Origin: Klebsormidium nitens
Taxonomy: Eukaryota; Plantae; Klebsormidiophyceae
DNA length: 55,146 bases
NCBI GenBank assembly: GCA_000708835.1
Contig: DF237532.1
Coordinates: forward strand, 1 to 55,146
Direction: 5' to 3'
Shown: positions 11,801 to 24,300 of the stretch, piece by piece
How positions within the stretch are numbered: the stretch's first letter is position 1
Layout: each line of letters begins with the position of its first letter
Translations under genes and position numbers: made by a program
Notes under the pieces: generated by a model
The model's database searches: none
Told to the model about the DNA's origin: nothing
The model's input: the letters and a program-made list of their open reading frames with translations, nothing else

Positions 11801-14053
11801 TTAGGCAGCACTACACCGACCATAGTTTACCGCCGAAAGGCTCTTCGGCTCACCGGAAAAGCGACACGTTGACGAGGTTCGTCAGCCACCAGAACTGCGC
11901 GGGCTCCACCAAACTTTTGCGCATCACTGCCCAACATATAACCAGATTCTAACCCGCCCTAAACCAACCACAGGTTACTGCCGAAAGGCGCCTTTGGCTC
12001 ACCGGAAAAGCGACACGTTGACGAGGTTAGTCGGCCACCAGAAGTGCGCGGGCTCCACCAGGAACTTGCGCATCAGCCCGGCAAATCCGTAACCCACGGA
12101 TTGCGTCGTAACCACGAGCAGAACCGCGGCGCCGAAGTTCAGCTCCTTGCCGTAGAACTGGCGCATGATCGTGACGATGTCGATAGCGTATGCGTTCCCG
12201 TTGCCGAAGGAGTAGCCACAGTTTGCGAAGATGGTGATCAGCACGTGCTCCTTGACATTGAACGGCCCCGGGTTAAGGTTAACCCCGAGAAAACGCCGCG
12301 CCGGGAGGATCTTGTGCATGAATCGCCCGAGCGGGAGCGTGATGATCTGGAATGCTAGCGCGGAGACGATAAGGGGCTCCGTCCTGAAAAGCGGGTTAGG
12401 AGACGGGTTAGCAGATATGTTGGGTTAAGGTCAGGAAGGCTTGGGAGGGGTAGAGAAGCGGGTCAATCGATCAAAGGGAATATTGTTGATGGGAGAGGGT
12501 TGAGAAGCAGATGAAAAGAGTGGGAGAGAGGAAGTTGCATGATCAAATATAGAGACGCGTGCATAAGGAGATAGAGCGTGTCGGTCAAGGCTCGAATTGA
12601 GAGACACGAACTCGCAAGAATTCAAAAACGTATTGAACGGAAAGGTACGGGAATGGAGAGACGCGTCGACATCAAGGGCTAGCGCTCTTACGAGCGGACA
12701 CGAAAAGGAATACAAGCGGAAGAAAGTGCAAGGCGCCCAAAGTACCGAAAGACGTCCGCTAAAAAGTTCGGGTTCAGAACAGGCACTGTCAATCAAAGCC
12801 AACTTTCATAACCACTTTTCGATACGGGCGGAGAGGGTCGAGTTCTCGTCATGAAAACGAGCTCATTTTTCAAAGCGCATATGTGGCCTCAAAAAGGGGA
12901 CGTTGGAAGCGCTCTCAGAGTCCGCCGCTAAAAGGTCGGAATTCAAACCCGGCCTAAGAACAAACCCGGCCTTAATTGGGCCTTAAAACCCGGTCCTGAT
13001 CCAAAGTAAGGTGAGCTGTGGCAAAGGCCTCAACCGACCCGATAACGCAAACACAACCGTTGAGAAAGATATCAGCTGGTTCAAATCTCAAATCAGCTTT
13101 GCGGTGCACAAGATTTATGGCGGTCAAAGATATAGTCGGTTACGCGCTGGTTCCAGAGCTGGGAACCAGATTCGAGCATTAACCACGTTCTCACCATGGC
13201 TATAACGAGGATACTGGTCAAAGAACCACGTTGAAGTCTGGTAAACGTTTCTGTGCATGCGTGACACACCTGAACCAGAAGAACTGGTTGACGAAAGCCA
13301 GCACGGCGCACGACAAGATCCCGAGGACCCACACCCGAATGGTCCACACCGGAAGCGTGTAGTCGTCCGTGTTGGGGACGGTTAGGTTGACCTCCTCAAT
13401 TGGGGACATGTCGTCGTCAATAACCTGGGATAAACATACGATAACCAAGAGAGGTTATGCTTCGCGGCAAGGAGCTAGGGTCTTAACCAGTGTCGGTCAC
13501 GGCCTGGTCAAAAGCTGGTTACATCACCAGTGGCCAGGCTCGAGCAGGAACCAGTCTTTCACCATGGTCGCACCCGTTTACTGAACCAAAAAAGACGGAT
13601 TCTAGCTCTGGTTACCGGGTTAGCAGCCTAACCCTTCCTGGCTAGCTTCTCAATCGAGCAGTGAGCAGGTTTTCAACACGGCTTAATTGCAAAAACATAT
13701 CTCGGTTCCAAAACCCACACTAAAACCCTGGTTACCGAGCCTGGTCAGCAGACAAAGCTTCCTGTGCCTGAAACCCAAACCCTTCTTAGCCCCACCTCTG
13801 TTGCATCTTTTTCCGGGTCATTCACTGCGCGCTTGCGCTCGTGCATCTTGTGCAGCTCCGGGCCCGCGATCCGAGGCATGCCGAACTCGGGGGCCGCTGA
13901 CGTCAGCCCCACGCCCGCGGGGTACTCGCGCATCTCCGTCCCGTCCGCTTCCCCGGCCTCGACCGCGGAAAAGCCTTTCACGCTGCTGGGCTTGCCGTTG
14001 TCGAGAGTCTTGTCCGATAGGACGTTCCCTGCGCCATTCTCCAGGCCCGCCAT
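5813..14053 (-). CDS. OPT: Oligopeptide transporter (OPT family, plant PT clade), 11 coding exons, 804 aa
   Basis: Exons 14053-13796, 13424-13270, 12383-12003, 11451-11273, 11087-11003, 10393-10240, 9670-9496, 9183-8963, 8267-8085, 7617-7333, 6151-5813. All introns are GT-AG with compatible phases, total 2415 nt. Family motifs: [42 protein letters not shown]-terminal [11 protein letters not shown]. Confidence 0.95.
6230..6295 (-). repeat. Tandem duplicate of the last OPT acceptor plus the first 43 nt of the exon
   Basis: TTTCTGCAG|TGGCTCCGCAAAGTGAATGTCCCGGTCATCCTGGGCGCGACCG starts at 6272, 121 nt upstream of the real exon start (6151). Using it shifts the frame and gives a stop at 6045. Confidence 0.9.
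7072..7222. mobile_element. 151-bp fold-back MITE-like element in OPT intron 10
   Basis: Perfect 17-bp terminal inverted repeat CCCGGTTTAAGATCGTT / AACGATCTTAAACCGGG, with imperfect complementarity continuing over most of both arms. The TSD is ambiguous (TAG/TAA, or degenerate AAATGATA/TAATGATT). Confidence 0.75.
11830..11930 (-). repeat. Tandem duplicate of the 3' end and donor site of OPT exon 3
   Basis: It encodes [24 protein letters not shown]|GTGAGC versus the real [24 protein letters not shown]|GTGAGC, at an offset of 149 nt. It has a possible upstream CAG, which would give a 73-nt out-of-frame pseudo-exon (11926-11854). Confidence 0.9.
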
Positions 14054-14500
14054 TGCGTCACCTGTAACCCAGGGGTTTTTGGAATCTAACCATGGGCGGT
14101 TACGAGCTGGTTACAAGCTGGTTATATGTCTATTGAGCAGATTCGTATCGAGGGCTTTGTCTGATGGGTCCCCCGCGCCGTTCTTCAGGCCCGCCATCGT
14201 GCCTGCAAGAGAACCCAGGGTTCTTCAAAGTGAACCATGGGTGGTTACGAGCTGGTTAAAGCTGGTTATAAGCAGACTCGTATTGAGGGTCTTGTTCGAT
14301 AAGACGTTCCCCGCGCCGTTCTTCAGGCCCGCCACGCGTCACCTGTAACCCAGGGTTTTTGGAAGTGAACCATGGGCGGTTACAAGCTGGGTAAGAGCTG
14401 GTTATATGTCCAATAAGCAGAATCGTATCGAGAGTCTTGTCCGAAAGCACGTTCCTCGCGCCGTTCTCCAGGCCCGCCATCCCGTCACCTGTGCCTGCAA
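14020..14500 (-). repeat. Four tandem ~140-bp copies of acceptor + start codon + [18 protein letters not shown]
   Basis: Start-codon positions are 14480 (ATG), 14335 (GTG), 14197 (ATG) and 14053 (ATG, the real start), spaced 145/138/144 nt. Each is preceded by a CAG acceptor. Confidence 0.92.
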
Positions 14501-16737
14501 GGAAACATAGGGGTTTGGGCAGTTAAGCATGGGCGGTTAGTACATCTCAGGATCTCCTATTGGGCAGTGAGATTTCTCGTCGTCAGATTTGAAGTGTTGG
14601 ATACTTGACGGAAACAAACTTGGAATCTACTCAGGAATCCTGTACCTTTGTGACAAGGTCGAGATCAGTTCGGGATAGAACTAGCTGGCAGCAGAGTTGT
14701 GAACAGATCAGAGGTAAACAGATGTTGAAATGCTTCTATTGGTTGTGGCCATTGCGGGTTTGCGCAGGCCAATATAAAGTGCATGTATCTTTTCTACTGA
14801 CATGACTGAAATGAGCCCACGTTATCATAATTGCCACCTGGATGGCATATAGTCAAAAGCATTTGCCAGATCAGATCGCACCCTTGTATAAGCGATTTGT
14901 CATTTATGGAGAATGTTGAACTCATTCTAGCAACTTGAAGGGCCCATTTACCTTGCTCGGGTTAGGACAGATAGATTGTTGGCAACGTACACCCCAGCTC
15001 AATCTGCAATATGAGGCAGCGAATTTCCTTAAGAAATAGTCACGTGATGTGACCCATGCAAGAGTAGGTCTATTGCAGGGCTAGAGAAATACCTTCGCCT
15101 GCGCCCATGTCAAAAGTTGTATGAGAATCTGTGGTCTTTCATTCTAAGCTTTCCAGCGCTTACGACCCTGCTTGAATGTAAGGACGTCCTTGCAAAAAGG
15201 TTCTCCAAGAAGGATAGGAGAGTCCACATGCCCTTGACTTCACAAGTTTCCGAGTCAGAGTCAGTCTTAGAGAGCTTGAATAATGTTACTGGAATGCAGA
15301 AGAAAGACAGATGCCAACCAGAACTAGAATACGTTCTTTCAAAGAGAAGGTGGCACTCAATTCCGAGGCAGGTGTGTGAACAAGTACAGCTGATTTCGGG
15401 AGAGCGCAAAGCCAAATCAAAATATATTGGCTTGATGGTGTGAAGTTCAAACCTTCTTCCAGCACCACCCCTTTACAGCCAGCTACTAAGTACCAGCTGT
15501 TCACATTGAGAAGTATACCATGCACTCAGCTTGATCAAGAAAGAAGTCTCCTTTACGTGCTATAAGCTCTTCTGGAGTAAAGTTGGAAGATTACGTACCA
15601 GGCACAGACAAACCAAAACCGCAAATCACAAAGGATCATATGCCCTCCCACCCCAAAGATCAAAGTAGCCCCAGCTGTTTTTAACCTTCAAAAGAGTACT
15701 CAGAGAAGCTTGGTTCCCGCAGAAAAGAGGTTTCAAAGCGAGGCAAGCACTGGCAAGCCCTATTCCTAAAGGATCTATGAGAACCACTACCTTTTCAAAC
15801 TTTGCATTCGTAACCTCTAAGTTGAAGCAAAACTCAAGGGACATGATACTCACCAACAAAGTAAGCTTGCTGCTTATTCTCAGCAAGAAACGCGTGGTGT
15901 GCCCAAGTCACTTTATGGCCAGACAAAAGAAGGAGTAAAGTATTCAAAGGTATTATCCCCCATGGGTAATTCAGCACCTCAACTCCCTTTTGGAGGCCAG
16001 ATTGCTCCAATTTCTACAGTTGGAGCTGTCCTTGAGTGGAAAAACGCCCAAAAACAAAAGGCTTACCAGCTCGCTAGAACGTCACCACTGCCTTTCTGCA
16101 CTTGGAAGCTCCAACAGCGATCAGCCCACACGAGTTAGGCAAAAACCAGTGGTCGCCAGCTGATCATGTGCCACAGAGGCTGGTCCTATGGGGTTCTTTA
16201 TGTGAAGAGCTGTAGCCTGAGGTCCCTCGCTGCGCTTGGCGGATCAGGCGCGTGAAAAAGTTGCAGCTTGATCTGTTACGTGCTCCTCGCAGTTGAGAAG
16301 GGCAAACTTTAAAACGACACCACTTTACTGTTGATCAAATGCTTTCTCGGATCAGGAACATATGTATGAAAGAAGTAACTTTTGCAGCTGAGCTAGCGAT
16401 CAAAGCTTGCTCTGGTGAAGCAGATGCCGGCACGTGTGCAAGTACTGCTTCCAAGCTGAAACGCGGAAAACCTGGCAAGGAAGCTTTATGTCCGTGGCTG
16501 CTCAGGACGCCTTCGACTGATCCCGCTAGTTGGCTGTCCAGTCCTCCGACGTGATGGTAATATTAGGTGTTAAAATGTGAAGCCAATGTGGGCCGTCGTG
16601 TTGCTAGTGAAACGCAGTGTTTCTGCGTCGCAGTTGAGCTCATCATGAAATCATGCGCCATGATGCCGAGCCTGCTGAACAGCTCTGTCTGAGCGGAGCG
16701 AATATGAGACGCCGAGATTGTGCACGCTCCGCCGTAA

Positions 16738-17032
16738 GGCGGGTCGAATTTAATTCCCGGGTTCCGGTCCTACCCCCTTTTGGGTGGGTCGGTCGGTCGG
16801 GAAGAAATAATAGTTGGTTTTTTGCTAGTATGTTTGAAATATGAAATAATATGGAATATTTTTGGGGCAAAAACTTCATTTCTTGGCCCAGATTTCATTA
16901 TTTTCAATCCAAAATGACCCAAAATCGGAAAACTTGGGCCAAAATGCTGACTATATTTATTATTTTGTTCCAAAATCCTTCGGATTTTGGGTCGGTCGGG
17001 GACCGGAAACCGGGACTTAACTTCGAGTCGCC
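16738..17032. mobile_element. 295-bp PIF/Harbinger (Tourist-like) MITE
   Basis: 33-bp TIRs GGCGGGTCGAATTTAATTCCCGGGTTCCGGTCC and (reverse complement) GGCGACTCGAAGTTAAGTCCCGGTTTCCGGTCC, 28/33 matching. TAA target duplication at 16735-16737 and 17033-17035. The interior is AT-rich and non-coding. Confidence 0.85.
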
Positions 17033-17165
17033 TAACGGTATCCAGCTCGGAACCGGACACGTGTGAAAGTGGTTCATGTGAGACACGTTACATGCCACGT
17101 GGCATAGATCCAGACGCCATGCATGGTTCCACTTCGAATCCTAATCTCTGCTACCGGTATAATAG

Positions 17166-17540
17166 TCCGAGTCTCGAGACTTTGGCTACGTGGCGGACTG
17201 GCGCCGTACGGACAAGTACGGTTTTCAGTACGCCGCCCAGGCAGCGCTCAACACGATTTTCGATTCCGTCGGCTCCGAGTCCAGGCCGATTATTGATCTA
17301 GCTCCAGTTAAATTCGTCAGCTGGATTGCCAATTATCAAAGAACCGGTCGGCTTGTGACTCTGTGGAAGCCAATCAACCCCAAATGAAGACCTCAATTCT
17401 GTCGCGGTGCTGTTCGATGGACACTTCTACGTGCGTATCGACGTCGCCTCCGGCCGGGCGGCAATCCCGTCGCCTACGGCTCGTGTCGAGCCGCTTCCAA
17501 ACTCCACAGGATTCCCATTCCCCTTTAGTAAAGCTGTCTG
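17166..17540 (+). pseudogene. Frameshifted coding-like fragment, family unknown
   Basis: It follows a possible acceptor (AATAG|). SESRDFGYVADWRRTDKYGF...LWKPINP continues after a 1-nt shift as EDLNSVAVLFDGHFYVRIDVASG. The composition is protein-like, but I cannot assign it. Confidence 0.3.
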
Positions 17541-18946
17541 AGCGGCGAAATCAGAGTACAGTCGAACATGCATCAGAATCGAGCAGACAAAGTCTTAACG
17601 TTGCTTTTTGTCCTGACAGAGTTATTTATCCTTACCTCGAAGGAAACGTTCCTTTGTAGACGGGTATGGGGGTGTATGCGAACCGGTCGCGAAGACTTAC
17701 AAAATCATGGGCCACACAGAGCCTTTTTGTCATGACATTCAATGCCACAGATGCCAGGAAGCCGACACCGATATAAAAGCTGTCTTAATTGACCGGCGGT
17801 GTTTTACACAGGGATTGGTGAAATACGATGACTTGTATACATAGCAGCCACGCCGCCTCAGACTATGAACAACGCGCATCCGATAATGGATTAACAGCAG
17901 CGCCTTCAAAGGCCATCTAGTTTGGCGGTTTCGCAGGCGGAGATAACCTTCCTCGCGGGGCTGCTTTGAAAGCTGCAGCGGAGTTCTACAGTACCGTTCA
18001 TCTCGGTCCATCGACATAAGCCCCTGCCATCGACAAAGGCGCCAACTGTACATGTTGAATGAACACCAGACAAGATAGACAAGGACTTACAAGCTAATGA
18101 TCACTTTTCTACTTTTCGCATCTTTCAAGCGGCTCAGCGGAAGCATGCTTGCTGGTTTCTAGCTTGGGTGGCCTCAATGGAACGGCCATTTTGACGTGCT
18201 AAAGCAGTGCCACTCTTGCAAGGTCATTTCTTACACAGAAACGCGACTCCGCGAGTTGTGCTTGAGTCCGTGCCGGCACGAAGGCCTTCCAGGAACACTG
18301 CAATCAAAGACGTCGCGATCTGCTGACTAAGCTTGATTGAATATCCAATTCCACCAGCACTTGCCCGAAATGTACTTACGAGTGGGGACAATTCGCATCG
18401 ATTTTCATTGAAGCGACGATATGGCACAGCTTTCAGCATGCCGTGTGCGGACGTCCACTCAAAAAACCAAAACGCAAACGGTCAAAATATCAGACAGTGT
18501 GTCTCACTCTTCGAGGACCCATCCGAGGAGTCCTTGCCAAGCTTGCATTCAAAACGTCGGAAGCGTACTCATTACACGCATGCCGCGATTTTGCCAGACG
18601 GAGTATCGGCTTCTGGCCGTGTAGTGCTTGCCCAATAGCAAAAATATATTTCGAGGTAACCCGGTAGATCAAAGCGCGCAGGCGGTCCAAATATATCGGA
18701 GGCAGGCTGGAGATCGCAAGCCCTATCGGAGCCAAATCTTTGAACTCGTCTCAGCTGGATACAGTACGCTTTATGCATTTGCAACGGAGCGAGAAATTCA
18801 AAAGAAGAAAGCAAAGAGGCCAAATTGTCCGAAGTGGTCAACCGTCTAAAGGCTCGAGACGTCCTAAATCTGCGCCGTCGGCCGCAATGATCAGGTTTTC
18901 CGAAGCTGTTTGTCCGACAGAGTCTGGTTAATCCTCACTGGTACCG

Positions 18947-19026
18947 TTCCGCCCTCCAGATATTCCGCCCTCCAGATATTCCGCCCTCCAGATATTCCGC
19001 CCTCCAGATATTCCGCCCTCCAGATA
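18947..19026. repeat. Perfect minisatellite (TTCCGCCCTCCAGATA)x5
   Basis: Five identical 16-bp units read directly from the sequence. Confidence 0.97.
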
Positions 19027-20329
19027 CCTAGTCACCAAGGATTGGATTCGACAACCTGCAAAGTAGCCGACGTTACAGGGTTGATCATTATACGTAGCAC
19101 CCGTGGCCGATAAGACCCGACTTTCTTCCAACGAAGTTGGCTTTTTCAGGGTTCATCTTGTTGTGGCCTTTGTAGAGCCGACGTTTAAGTTCTCTCTAGC
19201 TCGATCCGAACAGGCCAGGCGACTGGTTGAAAACTTCACAAAACGGTGGCAGGGGATTGACCTAATAGGACCATAGATACTTTTGTAGATGAAAAGCCAA
19301 AATTGCTCTTTCTTTGAATGGTTACCGCACCCATTGGTTATGAAGACCAGCAAATATACTCAGATCGCATCAAAGCTGCCAAAGCGAGAATGAGGCAAGG
19401 CCCAGCGCATAGAAACCGCCTCAGCACAGACTTCATCTTTTGACCCTCTTCTGATTGCATTCATCGGGTAGGCTGGGTATGTTTGCGGATGCGTGCAGGC
19501 CGGTTTGTTTGTATTCAAATGCCTTCGCATAGTCACTGAAACGTGCCGCATGGTAGGAAGCAGCTTTTGACAGGGTACGTTCGTCCCCGGTACTTCTATG
19601 ATGCGTTTTGAGCACGTTCGTCCTTCCAGGAGTGTCTCGGTCTAATCTTACCATCTACCCAAGAGCCCAGTCATAGGATAGACCTGTCTGAAGTTTTTGG
19701 CCCAGCATCTCGTGAGCTAAACGTTTGGCGCACTGTGTAGCTGGAAATCGCCCCAGTACATTGTCGGTTTTTGTGCTCCTGTGTCGCCCCCTTCAAGCCG
19801 TGTGCGACGTGGGCCCATGCGTTTGACGGATTCGAGCACGATTCGTGTTCCTTGTGCTTTGGCTTTCACTTGCCCGAGGGAAGGGGAGTACTGTTTTTGC
19901 GGCATTGAGCAGAGCAATGTGCTTCTAGCAGCACACTGGACATCTTCGATTTGGAGCCGCGTTCCTGAATGAAAGTTGTTCAATCATGGCACGAGTAGCG
20001 TCACTTGTCTTCGCGCGCAAAGTGGTTCTTTCGCGTTCTTCCGCCTTTTCGATTTCACACCATCTGATCCAGCCCCGTAATAATGCTGCTGCCGTCAGTC
20101 CGCCCGGTTTTGAGGTCCTTGGTGTATCTGTAAGGATTCTGGATCTTCCTGGTCCTAGAAATGTTCCCAGGGATCCCCCAAAAGTAGTGAGCGAATGACA
20201 TCCAAGAAAAATAGGCTCGTGGCGGGACTTCGACCGTTTGGTTTGGAAACTGCTGCTGAGTGTCCTGAAATGGTACTAATTGTGAGCATTGGCTGAATGT
20301 ACGTCGATATCATTCTGATAAAAGCAAGC

Positions 20330-23035
20330 AAAAAAGACTGTGCCGAATGACAATCTCGCGGGAACCAGGAGAGCGGCAGGCAAAAGCTTGGCGTCAGCTA
20401 GCCGGCGTTCCTGGCTCTGCCGAGAGAGGTCTTTTTGGCATAGACCTCCTTATTCACCCCTTTTTTGGAAGTGGCAACGAAAAATAGCTTGGGATTAGTA
20501 CTATTTACTGCTACAAGAAGCGACACCTTTGGTTTATTCCACCTATGATTAGTAGGGGTTGTGGCACCCCAAGTGGGCTTACCGATTCTTCCCAAGCCCG
20601 CGCGCGCGTGGTCTGTCCACACAAATGGAGCCAGCTTCAAACCGCATCCAATTCAAGCTCGTACTCGGCTTTGCATCTTCTGAAGTACAAGCATCAAAAA
20701 AGCACATCGGTTTGATGTGGCAAAGAAGAACCCTGAGCACAGTTTGGCTGGCGCGTCGGTAGCGGCCGTCATGCCAAATAGCAATCACTTGGACGCACTC
20801 TGAGCCTTAGTACTATTTTTTGGTACTTTTCTCGTCTGCCATCTTTTAGCTAGCAAACGGAGAGTCACTGTTAAAGTTTAGCTTCTTGATTGTAAAGGCG
20901 CTTTCTTGATGTCGACGCCACTACGAAAAAGTGCGTTCCCACGGCGTGATTTGAGAGTCGGGGCGCGCGTTGAGCCAAGCCGAAATTATGCATGGAAACA
21001 ACTTGGATGGGTGGCGAGGACAATAATCATGCTGGCGTTGGAGCATCGCCAGACATTCTTTGAAAGTACGGGAACTTGGAGCGACTAATGGGAGTTTTAT
21101 TGGCTTTTCCCAGCTGGCGCGGCAGCGCCGCCATATAATCAAACCGCAACGGCATCAGAGTTCTACTGCCTTTAACAGGAATGCCCAAAACCTGGAGGCC
21201 CTTCTGTGCAAGTGGGTTGCCGCTGCATGCATGGCCTGAAGTGAATCTATGCCTACTTTTTCCTTCAAAACTGGTCTTATTCGTATGACTGGGTCCCTCA
21301 CATCCGGACATTATTCGTAACCCTTCCGTGCGGTAGCACTGCGGCGCGGGTAAGCTTTGGGCTTTCTTAATATCATTGCAGCTCGGTCATATGAGAGAAA
21401 CCCGATCTTAATTAGAATCTTTGTTCTCGATCGAAGTCTTGCAGAAACAATGTCACATCGTGAAGTGGAAGCACTGGCGAGGAGGACGCTTTGCGTTGGC
21501 TTCGCAAGAAGTCACTCTGCTTTTGCGTAAGAACCGCTGAGCCACAAAGTATAACATAACCTCCACCGATGTGGGCCGATTGAGACTCCACCATAGTTTC
21601 TAGTCAGGTCCATATTTCAAAGGTCCTTTGTAATCGGCAAAAGGATTACACTTGTAATCATGGTGGTAAATGAATGTTCGTAGATCACGGGAGTCTCGGA
21701 AATCGGTTTTCCCTTGGCTGTTGACATCTCCTTTCCGCAACGTCTCAGAAGCGTTGCGGAAGCGCAACGTCTCAGAAGCGACGGTTGCGGAAGCTTGTTA
21801 ACGGAACTGAAACCAGTTATCGAACCAGGCTGTCACCATGTCAAATTCTGGTTGCTGACCGATTCCGTTCATTCGACGCTTGAGAGGCTACTAACCGCTC
21901 ATCAGCGGCGACCAGCTTTGACTGTCAAGAACTCCCTGTGCGTGAAGTTCGACTTTCCTCATATATGCGCGCAGGACCGCCGCACCGCCTTTATAAGTTA
22001 TGTTTCGAATTATTTTCAATCAACTTGTTCTTCCGGGTGCTTAGACGAGCTTTGGCGGAACCCGGACGGTATCCGGACGGTGTCGGAAGGTCTGCGAAGG
22101 GACTCAGAGGCAGTCCGGGCACATTCGGACAAACTTCAGGCGGTCGCGCGCGGACAGCTTTTGGACGGTTCTGGCGGACACTTGGCGAAGTCAGCGGCGT
22201 GTTAGATGAGCTCCGGAGAATTCTCGCGTCCGAACGAAACCCGGACGGTTTTGGACAACCTTCGAACAATCCAGACGGATTGGTCGATTTGTGGGCGCGG
22301 GCTGCCACGACAGCGGCCAGCCTGAGCTTTCCATTTGCACGACGCCCTTGGTGCAAGAATCCGGGGCACCACCGTGATCAACCATAGATTTAGCGGCCAT
22401 CTTTAATGTGCGCCACACAAAGTGCTAAGCGAGGCGTGCGCTGTCCCAAGGTTCTGAGAACTGGCGAAGAGTCTGGGCCGAATATGCCACGGGTAAATTT
22501 GAACGTGTGGCATATTCGCTATTGCGAGCGAATGTGAACTTCGAGGCACGTGACGTGTCACTAACTTTGAGCATCAACGCAGTCATACTTGACCATGTTG
22601 ATGCGATTGATAGTGACAAGAACAGCCCTGAGTGAATTTGAGCGAGCAAAACAGCTCTGAAACGTGAATGTGAAGACGAAGCCTCTCATTTCCAAGCCTC
22701 TGCCTCCAAATCCTGCGTTGCCAACGCAAGGCAACGCTTCTCAAGCTAGTCTCCTCTTTCGAGCTTTTCCCCCTTACCCATCCCGCTTGCACGTGCACGT
22801 GCACGCCTTGCTTACGCTTTGCTCCCCTAGCACAGTCAGATGTCAGAAATTGCTGCGCAATACTGCACCCAACCTCAGAACTTCTCCATATCTGAAACAT
22901 TTCATTGAAATAGTTAAGCTAGCGCCACGCAAAACAGCGAACACTCGAACGCGAGTGAAGGACGAAGTCCGCTCTTCGGACAAGTTCTCAAAAGCCCAGA
23001 AATCAAGGCACGTGTTTGTGCGAGCAAGAGCTTAA
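20330..23035. mobile_element. Dispersed repeat, copy B (homologue of 2720-4800, with extra insertions)
   Basis: Same colinear anchors as copy A, a CGGA/TCCG-rich block at about 22050-22330, and an internal duplication GCAACGTCTCAGAAGCG near 21736-21780. Confidence 0.7.
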
Positions 23036-23929
23036 GACGCGCGAGCTTGATGATCTCTTAGCTTGGCAAATGCGCGTGGCCGGTTCTGCGGCGGCGGTCT
23101 TCGGTAGCCGGGAGGACTCCGGATACCGGCCGTACCTTCAAAACGCCGAGCGAATTCAGCGCGAGTTTTCCCAATGTCCCAGTCCACCGAAGTCGCGGCT
23201 TCAATCAATTCGGGGCTGTCCAACTTCAGCAGACAGATTTTTCTACTTTTAGGATTGGTCCGTTTTGTGCTTTAACCAGTGCTCGTATAGCTGCTTCTGC
23301 TGACAACGTCTCGAGGGCTTGGCGAGAAGGACGTTTTGCTCTGGGTTCTGTCAGGGAGCCATATTTGGCTTTTGTAGCGTGCACGGCTGACTCGCCAACC
23401 TACCTGCATGTTAGCAGCGACCTTTTGTCCATGTGGGCTGCTTGCTTAGTCCGCGGTGGATCAAATCCTTTGTTGTAGCCGCTTTAGCTTGGCCGACGAG
23501 GGCGTTTTAAAGTACCTGAGCTCGCTGGTCACTCTAAGATCTTCTCAGGACTCCTCTTGAGAAGATATCCGTCTAATCGTCTACTTTCTCTTTTCAAACC
23601 GCGGCGGAAGCTCAGCCGCAGAGCGTTGGAAAATGGCTTTGGCTGCTAACGAGGCTTGGTAACCAGGATTGATCCTGGATTTGCAAATCAGGCCTGGCCA
23701 TTGAATGTATGATCAACTTCTAAGCAGCTCTGAAATGTCCATTCTTTTTGGTTGCAGAAGTCCCTGTCCGAAGGTCCCTTGATGGTTTCTTTGCAGTGAT
23801 TATCCGCAGCGCCCCCGTCACCGCCATTGCTTAAACGTCAAAGAAGTTTCCTACGTTCCGAACGAGTTCGAATGAGAAGAATAAGAACCTCAATGGTGCT
23901 GGGCGACCTTTTGACGGGAGCGGACAATG

Positions 23930-24300
23930 CTCCGCTCAGTCGGACGGAACGCGGACGGTGTGAGACAGGCTTCGGACGGGTCCGGCCGGACTGTGCGCGC
24001 TGTCGGACAAATGTGGAACGTGTCGGAAATGCTAGCTGCGGACAAGACTCACAGAAAAATTGGCGCACGGACGAAACCTGAACGAATCTGGACGGGCTTG
24101 GACAATTTCGGACGGGATCGGAAGGAGTCCGAACGCATTGGAACGGATTCCGGACGCTGCTGGCGGGTTGCTGGAGAACTTGCGGACGGCCGGTCCGAGC
24201 GGACATCGAACGCGTTGGGAAGGCCATGTGCGCGCCGCTTTGCGACCGCTAGCGGCGCGAACGTCCGATCCAAGACGGATGCGGGGTCGCGTGCGCGCGC
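23930..24300. repeat. CGGACG/GAACG-rich block related to the repeat A/B core
   Basis: Dense CGGA motifs; shares ACGGGATCGGAAG with 4321-4333. ORFs here are stop-poor shadows on all frames. Confidence 0.45.

Noticed and set aside
14600-16300. Several 80-110 aa ORFs upstream of OPT
   Set aside because: No motif and frequent stops in all frames; I cannot distinguish them from random or decayed sequence.
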